Program-made: the position numbers and the translations under genes | In this document: positions 56,335 through 64,000 of the stretch, piece after piece | Layout: every line of letters starts with the position of its first letter | Numbering within the stretch: position 1 is the first letter of the stretch | NCBI GenBank assembly: GCA_002498525.1 | Contig: DAHR01000005.1 | Location: 42,478-106,477, forward strand | Direction: 5' to 3' | DNA length: 64,000 bases | Origin: Euryarchaeota archaeon UBA58 | Lineage (GTDB): Archaea; Thermoplasmatota; Poseidoniia; Poseidoniales; Thalassarchaeaceae | Notes under the pieces: generated by a model | What the model was told of the DNA's origin: nothing | What the model saw: only the letters and a program-made list of their open reading frames with translations | The model's database searches: none

Positions 56335-58467
56335 ATGGCAGATGCAGAGAGAATCGCGAGCAAACAGAAGCAGATCTCGATAAGTGAGTTCTTTGAGAAG
56401 AACAAGCATTTCCTCGGCTTCGACACCCTTCAGAGAGCAGTAATCACAGCGGTCAAGGAAGCCGTTGACAATTCACTCGATGCGTGTGAAGAATCTCGTA
56501 TTCTCCCTGATATCCGCATCGAGATCAATCGCTTGTCTGGCGATCGATTGGAACTCATCGCGCAGGACAATGGCCCTGGCATTCCGCGCGATGCCATCGA
56601 GAACGTCTTCGGTAGGTTCCTTCTCGGCTCACGTTTCCATGCCATCCGGCAGACCCGTGGCCAGCAGGGAATCGGCATAACTGGCGTGTTGATGTACAGT
56701 CAATTGACCACGGGCTCGAAAACCCGAGTGACTTCGAAAATCGCTTCTGATTCATCCGCAGTCCACGTCGATCTCGGTCTTGATACACGCAAAAACCGAG
56801 CCACGAAATCGAACGAGAGACGCGACCTCTGGCTCGATGAGAACGGACATGAGATTGAGCACGGTCTGATGATTCGAACCGTCATGCGAGCCAAGTATCA
56901 GCGCGGTCGCCAGTCGGTTCATCAGTATCTGCGGATGACTTCGATAGTCAACCCTCACGCCACGATTCACCTCACTGTTCGCGGGCTCGATGGGGAGATC
57001 ATCGACGACGGACATTGGATTCGCACTACAGAGAAATTACCCCGAGTCGTCGAGGAGATCAAACCGCATCCGCATGGAATCCTTCTCGGTCAACTCCAAC
57101 GGATGCTCAAAGAGACCGATGAGCGCAATATGACTTCATTCCTCAGGCACGGTTTCTCAGGAGTCAGTCTGCGCGCAGCCAAAGAGATCCTCGCAGCGGC
57201 TGAACTCGATGAAGGCCGCATACCTGCGCGCGTCAAAGCCGAGGACGCTCAGAAGATGGTCGAAGCCTTCCAAAGAGTCAAACTCCTCGCTCCACCAACT
57301 GATTGTCTCTCACCGATCGAGGAGATGCTAATCAAGAAAGGACTCTCGAAGGCGATTGATTCGCGCTTCGCTTCGACCGCCACCCGCAAACCGACGGTCA
57401 GCCAAGGCAACCCCTTCCAGATCGAGGTCGGACTGGTCTTCGGAGGAGACCTGCAGGCGGAGGGGCCGATCGAGATTCTGCGCTTCACCAACAGAGTCCC
57501 TCTGATGTACCAGCAAGGCGGATGCCTGCTGACAAAGGCTCTCGAGTCCGTCGATTGGAAGCGCTACGGACTCGACCACCCCGGCGGCCGCGGGCTGCCG
57601 AAAGGGCCGGCCGCCGTACTGATTCATCTAGCCTCCACAAACGTCCAATTCACCAGCGAGGCAAAGGAGGCGGTGGCGGATAACGAAGAGGTCTTCGAGG
57701 AAGTTCGGCGAGCGATGTTGGAGGTCGGACGTGGACTTCGCAATCATCTGAAGAAGAGTTCTCAGCGCAAGAAAGCGCAAGAGAAATTCGATCTCATCAA
57801 CATCATTCTACCAGAGATTTCACGCAAGACTTCGCAATTGCTCGGTCGCGAGGAACCCGACTTGGCGCCGGTCATCACCCGCATCATGAATGCAGTCTTC
57901 CTCGAGGATGAAATCGGTTGGGACAAGCACTCGAATCAAGCCGTCTGCTCTCTCACCATCTACAACTACACCGCCCGTGCTCGTGCCTACACGATCCTTG
58001 CTAAATGGCCTGAAGGCGAAGGGGTTGCAATCGCTGAGAATCCTCGAGGGGGTCGTAAGGAAACCACTGGTCTATGGGCTTGGAGGCTCGACACCCTCGA
58101 CCCTGGTCAGTCAGCGGAGATTCGCTTCACTGTCAGCGGTCTGTCGAAGGGGGATTGGACTGATGCGGAGATATTCTTCCGAGGCAATGGAGACATAATC
58201 GGGGCGACCAAGATCGATGAGAAGCTCCTCGATGAAATGCGCAAGATGGAAGCACTGGCTCTGGCGGAGGCGGAATACGCCGCTGCGACGATGAACGAAT
58301 CCATCCAACGACTGGTCGAAAGAACGCCAGTGCTGGAGACTTCTGGAGAATCGCTGGTAGTGTCTTCTGATGAGTCTGTGGTAGAGCCTTCTAACGAATC
58401 GCAGAGGATGATCAATAATCCTGAGGATCTACGCCAGTGGACTCCGGCTGAGGAGGTGAATGAATGA
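56335..58467 (+). CDS. top6B: DNA topoisomerase VI subunit B
   Basis: SEFFEKN..LGF, KEAVDNSLDA, DNGPG, RGQQGIG, KPHPHG, RFTNRVPL, SEAKEA. Confidence 0.97.
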   Translation: MADAERIASKQKQISISEFFEKNKHFLGFDTLQRAVITAVKEAVDNSLDACEESRILPDIRIEINRLSGDRLELIAQDNGPGIPRDAIENVFGRFLLGSRFHAIRQTRGQQGIGITGVLMYSQLTTGSKTRVTSKIASDSSAVHVDLGLDTRKNRATKSNERRDLWLDENGHEIEHGLMIRTVMRAKYQRGRQSVHQYLRMTSIVNPHATIHLTVRGLDGEIIDDGHWIRTTEKLPRVVEEIKPHPHGILLGQLQRMLKETDERNMTSFLRHGFSGVSLRAAKEILAAAELDEGRIPARVKAEDAQKMVEAFQRVKLLAPPTDCLSPIEEMLIKKGLSKAIDSRFASTATRKPTVSQGNPFQIEVGLVFGGDLQAEGPIEILRFTNRVPLMYQQGGCLLTKALESVDWKRYGLDHPGGRGLPKGPAAVLIHLASTNVQFTSEAKEAVADNEEVFEEVRRAMLEVGRGLRNHLKKSSQRKKAQEKFDLINIILPEISRKTSQLLGREEPDLAPVITRIMNAVFLEDEIGWDKHSNQAVCSLTIYNYTARARAYTILAKWPEGEGVAIAENPRGGRKETTGLWAWRLDTLDPGQSAEIRFTVSGLSKGDWTDAEIFFRGNGDIIGATKIDEKLLDEMRKMEALALAEAEYAAATMNESIQRLVERTPVLETSGESLVVSSDESVVEPSNESQRMINNPEDLRQWTPAEEVNE

Positions 58468-59564
58468 GCGCGAATGGATTCTCGAAGGAAGAGGTGATAG
58501 AAGCCTTGCATAGCATCGCAGGTGAGATGCATGACAACATGACCAAGGGGCAACCGCCGAGAATGACGCTGCCTGTGAGGACCAAGAAAAACATCGCTTT
58601 CGATGAGCGTCTCGGCGTTTACAAGTATGGCAAGAAGATGAGCACGCGCGATGCGACGAGCCTTGGCTCGGCCCGTCAACTGCTTCGCGCGCTCCATGTC
58701 ACCGAGTTCATCGAGGAGATGATCAACGCTGGTAAATCCTCGACATTGAGAGAGATGTACTACATCTCTGAAGGGTGGGGACATGGGAAATTCGGTTCAC
58801 AGAACGAGAGCAACAATCTCGCTGAGGATCTAGAGATTGTCACCCGATGCATGCGTGAGGACTTCAAACTCCGACCTGAAGAGGATGGGGCTCGCATCAT
58901 CGGCAACATCACCTTCGAGGAGAGGAATCGACGCGGCGATTGGATGAGAATCAACTGCCGCGACGATGTCGGAGATTCTGGATACGGGGTCCCATACAAT
59001 GTCGAGGCGGAGAAACTCCGCCTCATCACTCATGATGTCGACTTCATCATGGCCATCGAGACAGGTGGAATGTTCGACCGACTTGTCGAGAATGGTTTCG
59101 ACGAGTCGGCTCATTGCGCGCTGATTCACCTGAAGGGGCAGCCAGCGCGCTCGACGCGCCGCATCATCAAGCGAATGAACGAAGAATGGAATCTTCCGGT
59201 CCTCGTCTTCTTAGACGGTGACCCCTGGTCGTTCAGAATCTTCGCTTCAATCGCCTACGGCGCTATCAAGACGGCGCACATCTCGGAGTATCTCGCCACT
59301 CCGAGCGCCGTCTACCTCGGTATCAGGGCAGATGATATCGAATCGTACGATCTGCCCAGTGACGAATTATCCAGCAGGGATATCCAAGCCCTGAAGGCCG
59401 AACTCAGCGACCCGCGATTCGCGGATTCCGAATGGCAGGAAGAGATCAATATGATGCTCGATCTAGGGAAGAAGGCTGAGCAGCAATCATTGGCGAAATA
59501 CGGTCTTGATTTCGTCACTGACACCTACCTGCCCGAGAAACTGGCACAGATCATGGGTCGATGA
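58464..59564 (+). CDS. top6A: DNA topoisomerase VI subunit A
   Basis: TLREMYY catalytic Tyr, AIETGGMF, KGQPAR, DGDPW, KAEQQ. Confidence 0.97.
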   Translation: MSANGFSKEEVIEALHSIAGEMHDNMTKGQPPRMTLPVRTKKNIAFDERLGVYKYGKKMSTRDATSLGSARQLLRALHVTEFIEEMINAGKSSTLREMYYISEGWGHGKFGSQNESNNLAEDLEIVTRCMREDFKLRPEEDGARIIGNITFEERNRRGDWMRINCRDDVGDSGYGVPYNVEAEKLRLITHDVDFIMAIETGGMFDRLVENGFDESAHCALIHLKGQPARSTRRIIKRMNEEWNLPVLVFLDGDPWSFRIFASIAYGAIKTAHISEYLATPSAVYLGIRADDIESYDLPSDELSSRDIQALKAELSDPRFADSEWQEEINMMLDLGKKAEQQSLAKYGLDFVTDTYLPEKLAQIMGR

Positions 59565-59630
59565 TTCCCAGCGAACATTCGATGCCGGCCTTCGGCCAAG
59601 CATGATATGTGACCACACTCAGGTCGAACT

Positions 59631-60419
59631 GTGAGCACTCGATTACGTCGTGCGGCCAAAGGAAGCGCCATCGCTGCATTGGTCCTGCTGCTCGTTGGAG
59701 TCGCGGCATACGCATCCTCCTACGATGAACTCGCCGGGCTGATGGATCCGGAGAAGAACAATCTGGCAGACCTGCACTCGGGTGAAAGCGCACAGATTGA
59801 GATAAGCGGAGGATCTCAGATCGCTGCGCTGCGTCTTATTAATGAATCGTCGACAGAGTATCCGCAGGTTCGGCTCGTCGGAGTCGACGGTGAGGAAGAG
59901 GGGCGCGAGCCCAACCTTCTGGATACGAAATGGATAAGTGAAGACAGCGGAAGAATCTACGAAGCTGTGCGAATCTATGAGCCGGGCTCGACTGGCACAT
60001 TCACGATTCACAACGATGCAGAGCAGCGTTTGATCGTCGTCGATAATGCTGAACTCCAGTCGAAGTTGTTGGCTGAACCGCTCCTTCTCCTGATGATGAT
60101 CAGTTGCTGCGGTGGATTGTCGGCCACCTTAGCAGCCATCATCCTGTTTTTCCTCCAGCTGAGGAATCGGGGCGAGACCGAACAGAAAGTCTCGGGTCTG
60201 GTGGTCGATGGTCAAGTGATGACAACGAATGAACTCTACCGAATGCAGCGAGGTGGGGCGAAGGAGGAACCTGTCGAATCGGCTGTGGCAGACCCATTCG
60301 TGGATCGTGAGTCAAAGACGACGAGACAAGAGGAAATTCAGGATTCGAAGGAAGAATCCACCGATTCAGCCAAGATTGACGCGGACTCGGTAGAATGGCG
60401 CTCTTGGGATGAGGGTTGA
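59631..60419 (+). CDS. Hypothetical membrane protein (2 TM)
   Basis: N-terminal and central hydrophobic helices; acidic tail. Confidence 0.65.
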   Translation: MSTRLRRAAKGSAIAALVLLLVGVAAYASSYDELAGLMDPEKNNLADLHSGESAQIEISGGSQIAALRLINESSTEYPQVRLVGVDGEEEGREPNLLDTKWISEDSGRIYEAVRIYEPGSTGTFTIHNDAEQRLIVVDNAELQSKLLAEPLLLLMMISCCGGLSATLAAIILFFLQLRNRGETEQKVSGLVVDGQVMTTNELYRMQRGGAKEEPVESAVADPFVDRESKTTRQEEIQDSKEESTDSAKIDADSVEWRSWDEG

Positions 60420-60491
60420 TCTCGTACCTGCTGTTGCGGCTAGCGATTGGGTTTTTAGTGCCCCTGCGACTACCCAACCTCGAGTTGGTAA

Positions 60492-61232
60492 GTGGTGGTG
60501 GACTTCGACGAAGCCCTGAACATCCTTGAGAACAGGGCGCGTCGGCAGATTCTCAAGCGGCTCGCCAAGGAACCTCATTACCCATTACAACTCTCAGATT
60601 TGCTTGTAATCAGCCAACAGGCAGTAGTCAAGCACCTCAAGGTGTTGGAAAAGGCGGGATTCGTCGACTCGACCAAGGTCGCCTCGCAGAAGGGAGGGCC
60701 GCCGAAGAAAATGTACACTGTGAATCAGTCATTCTCGCTACGCCTCGACCTCGGACCGAATCTGTTCCGTGCTGAGCATCGTACAATGCCACGTGGCGGG
60801 CCTATTCGGCTCTCTCAACGACTGCCACAGGATCTCGACGGTGTGATAGAGAGGATAGGTACACGTCGGAGACTTCCGATGGTAGAGGCGATGTCCATGC
60901 TGTCGGAGATGGACAGAGCCCTCGAGCGAATCGATGAGCAGCGCGATGCCGTCATCGCCCTGCACCAGCAAGTCATGCAACGAGTCGCTCCGAACATCGA
61001 TGATTCATCCGAGACTTACGAGGAGCGACAACTCGCTCATGCCTTGCTGAATCATCCCCGAAGACCCTTGGATCTCGACCTCTTCTCACAAGGGCTACGC
61101 ATTCAATCCATGCAGGCAGAGGCGATGCTGGATGGTCTGCGCGAGCGGCTACTGCGAGACTTCGCCAGCCATTCCGGCAGCTTGGTAGCGGCTCGCGAGG
61201 GTACGCCTCTGCCTTGGTGGCTCGCCCGTTGA
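60492..61232 (+). CDS. ArsR-family HTH transcriptional regulator
   Basis: LEN.ARRQIL..L...P, ISQQAVVKHLKVLE..G.V, GGPPKKMY. Confidence 0.88.
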   Translation: MVVDFDEALNILENRARRQILKRLAKEPHYPLQLSDLLVISQQAVVKHLKVLEKAGFVDSTKVASQKGGPPKKMYTVNQSFSLRLDLGPNLFRAEHRTMPRGGPIRLSQRLPQDLDGVIERIGTRRRLPMVEAMSMLSEMDRALERIDEQRDAVIALHQQVMQRVAPNIDDSSETYEERQLAHALLNHPRRPLDLDLFSQGLRIQSMQAEAMLDGLRERLLRDFASHSGSLVAAREGTPLPWWLAR

Positions 61233-61253
61233 AGACGATTGTCAGTCAACTTC

Positions 61254-63998
61254 TCAGAAGACCTGATCGTCATCATCCAGATTCGCCAACAGGCTGCTCT
61301 TCTCCGCGAAGCGGGCAAGAGCTTCCATCCTGCGTCCGTACATCACGACGCCAGCCACGCCCATGAGGGCGAAAGTGGCGCCGAGGATGATTGCCGGAAC
61401 TGAATACTGAGCGATGACCTCGATACCAACATCGAGGAGCCCATAATTGGAACCCATCGCTCCATCCACCTTCTCGAAGTTGTTATTCTCATCAGATTCA
61501 ACAATCATGTTGTCAGGATCGATGACGACGATGACATCGTGGCTTCCGGCCTCGACCATGTAGAGCAGTGTCAAAGTCGGTGGCTCATCATTGCCACTCG
61601 AACCCTCGGGCATCACTGCCTCGATCAGTTGGCGGTAAGCGATGTTTTCCTCATCGCAGCCGTGCCTCTTGATATCCTTGATCGTTTGATCGATGCAGAG
61701 TATGATGTGAACATCGGTGGCGTGGATGTTGCCGATGTTATGAATCTGCACATTGACAGAGAGCATGTCACCGACCGGCGCTCGGTTCTGACCTACCTCG
61801 ACACTGACGATCTCTAGGTCAGGAGCCCGCAGTCGCAGTTCGACTATCTGCTCATTGGTATCACAATTCGGGAGGTAATTATCTGGCAAACCATCGCCGT
61901 TCTCATCCAGAGTACATGAATCATCCCAGATTGCCGTCTCATCGTTGTCACCTCCGACCTCCGACGATCCAAAGGAGGAGAGCACTTTGATTCCGATCTC
62001 ACGATTGCTGAGAGTTGCGCCTGGATCGATGTGGATGATGGCCACGAGTTGCAATGTGGTGTAGGCAGGCATCATCGGCAGAGTGACGGTTCCCGCAGAG
62101 GTTCCCACCGCAATCTCGAAGCATTGGTCTGGCTCGGGCTGCTCGCCAACGAGCAATTGAACGCAAGGCCTCTCAATCGGGAATTCGGTATCGAAGCCCT
62201 CGAGAAGAGCGAAGGTAACCCTCCAGCCACTGAGTGCGTTCATCCCTGGCGAAGTATCCCAGCCGGCTCCGGTCTTGGTGTGATTGTGGATTGTCGGCTG
62301 GTCTGGAACATTACCGAAATTGGTCACATTCAGTGTATAGCGGACGACGCGCCCTGGAGCGGTGGTCTTGATTCGCGATTCGACAGACGGATCCAGATCG
62401 ATTCGCATATCGTGATATTCGATGATCTCGATCTGCAGCACTATGGTATCGCGAAGTTTGGTTCCTTCGTACGGTTCCTCGCTGAAGATGTCTAATCGGA
62501 CAGTATATTGCCCCGCGTAGGTCTGTGGGGGGACATTCACGAGAATGGTGATTTCTTGAGATTCGTCTCGGTCGAGTTCCTCGAACAGGACACGCGGGAT
62601 GTCGATGTCCCAGACATCCGAGGCACCTGTTGAAGCGACGATTGAATTCACTGAGATGCCGTAACGATCCGGTCCATTACCCAGATTCTCGATTACGGTC
62701 TCGAGTTCGAATGACTCGTCAGGATGCAATTGCAGAATGGTCTGTGGGACGCTTGCCTCAAGATCGTAGACCTGTATGACATTGGTCACTAGAACCACTG
62801 AATCACGTACTCGTGGCGCACCTTCCAGATGAGCCTTCACCGTGACGGATTCACCCAGACCGGCTGTTGCGTTGTACGGCGCGCACATGATGGCGGTCAC
62901 CTCGTAAGGGGTATCTATGAGAGACCAGTATCTAGGCTCGTTCTCTGGCAAGGCATTTCCACCCGGAGCATTGGAGAAGTCGAGTTCGACTGTCCAGTGG
63001 TCGTAACGCCAAGTCGACTCGGATATCTCCGGCGGGCGCTCTTCCGGGCCACCCGGCGTGGTGAAGATGATGTGGCCGGGGGTGAAATGCTTGGTGACAT
63101 CGATATCGAACTCAGCACAGTCGCCGGGCAGGACGTGTTGTGTCGTATCGCCAAGTTGGAAGACGATGTTCCCCGAACTCCTGATCGATACATTCACCCA
63201 TAATTCAAGGACGTCGAAGGTGCCTCTACTGACCGAAAGCACTGGCTCACCGGTAGACCAGCCCTTCAGATAGATCACGAATGTCCCGGGGGCCTGCGAT
63301 GTCGGCACGCTGACCTGCAGATTGCGGGTCACAGATTGACCAGGGTCGAGAGAAAGCGACAGAGGGAAGGAGACGCCCCAGCCGAAGGGGAGCGCCCATT
63401 CTGTCTGGCCTTCGAGTGTGGCTGGGTCATAGAAGGCGAAGGTATCGTAGACATTCCCTGTATTCGTCACCGTGATCGAGAATATCGCTGATTGGCCCTG
63501 TTCGATGTCGACTTGGTAATGACTGGTATCGAGGTTTATTCCATGCACCACGTCCATCAGCGTCAGAGTCAGACGCTCATCACTGATCGCTGGATCCTTA
63601 TGAGAGACTGCGGAGACTGTGATTGCGGCCAACTCGTCCTCATCCGCCTGATAGATGGTCGGCGCGCGGATTCGCATGTACACGGGTACGACATCTCCTC
63701 CGCGCAGGAATACCGGGGTCGAGTCGAATATCGGCGTATGGTTAGTTGCGAAGAAAAGGGTCGCGCTCCAGTTGTTCGGAACACCATTCAGGGTGACCGT
63801 GAAAGTGTCGGCGACGAGTTCGGCCGGTCCAGGCGTCGGGTTCGATATCGTCATGTTGTAGGTGGTCTGCTGGCCCGGCTCGATTGTGTGATAGAATGTC
63901 TCGGTCTCGGTCAGAGCAACTTCGACGAGACCGGTGAGAACGTGGACGTAGCATATAGTGTAAACACCAGCGTTATTCTGGTCATTGCACTTGTTCGT
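61254..63998 (-). CDS. Large surface protein with NEW3/Ig-like repeats, CARDB domain and C-terminal TM anchor; 5' end lies beyond the window
   Basis: Frame stays open from 63854 to the window edge; repeated V.N.GN..D and L.PG.S motifs; PDL...V.N.G...DPDN.I.ESDENNN (CARDB); TM YSVPAIILGATFALMGVAGVVMY. Confidence 0.85.
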   Translation of the reverse strand, partial: TNKCNDQNNAGVYTICYVHVLTGLVEVALTETETFYHTIEPGQQTTYNMTISNPTPGPAELVADTFTVTLNGVPNNWSATLFFATNHTPIFDSTPVFLRGGDVVPVYMRIRAPTIYQADEDELAAITVSAVSHKDPAISDERLTLTLMDVVHGINLDTSHYQVDIEQGQSAIFSITVTNTGNVYDTFAFYDPATLEGQTEWALPFGWGVSFPLSLSLDPGQSVTRNLQVSVPTSQAPGTFVIYLKGWSTGEPVLSVSRGTFDVLELWVNVSIRSSGNIVFQLGDTTQHVLPGDCAEFDIDVTKHFTPGHIIFTTPGGPEERPPEISESTWRYDHWTVELDFSNAPGGNALPENEPRYWSLIDTPYEVTAIMCAPYNATAGLGESVTVKAHLEGAPRVRDSVVLVTNVIQVYDLEASVPQTILQLHPDESFELETVIENLGNGPDRYGISVNSIVASTGASDVWDIDIPRVLFEELDRDESQEITILVNVPPQTYAGQYTVRLDIFSEEPYEGTKLRDTIVLQIEIIEYHDMRIDLDPSVESRIKTTAPGRVVRYTLNVTNFGNVPDQPTIHNHTKTGAGWDTSPGMNALSGWRVTFALLEGFDTEFPIERPCVQLLVGEQPEPDQCFEIAVGTSAGTVTLPMMPAYTTLQLVAIIHIDPGATLSNREIGIKVLSSFGSSEVGGDNDETAIWDDSCTLDENGDGLPDNYLPNCDTNEQIVELRLRAPDLEIVSVEVGQNRAPVGDMLSVNVQIHNIGNIHATDVHIILCIDQTIKDIKRHGCDEENIAYRQLIEAVMPEGSSGNDEPPTLTLLYMVEAGSHDVIVVIDPDNMIVESDENNNFEKVDGAMGSNYGLLDVGIEVIAQYSVPAIILGATFALMGVAGVVMYGRRMEALARFAEKSSLLANLDDDDQVF

Positions 63999-64000
63999 GT

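Overview
Gene-dense, moderately GC-rich archaeal chromosomal segment. TFB, Top6A/B, rpl18e-rpl13-rps9-rpoN-tRNA-Pro, Trm1 and two PAC2 chaperones mark it as archaeal. Many bacterial-type genes (ligA, panD, rlmH, nfuA, RhlE-like helicase, icd, nrdJ, a beta-oxidation operon) and giant acidic surface proteins point to Marine Group II / Poseidoniales (inference, no search run). It holds about 45 CDSs and 3 tRNAs; no CRISPR array, integrase or transposase was seen. Best leads: (1) an edge-truncated lipoprotein, absent from the ORF track, that fuses a circularly permuted SBP_bac_3 amino-acid binding domain to tandem LivJ-type domains; (2) an NAD+ DNA ligase ending in a PIP-box-like tail, close to a DEDDh exonuclease and an Fe-S Cas4/AddB-like nuclease; (3) a 1123-aa helical-repeat protein with a C-terminal PIN nuclease; (4) a 2654-aa Ca-binding surface protein with an embedded type-1 copper cupredoxin domain. 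All family calls are by motif recognition only.
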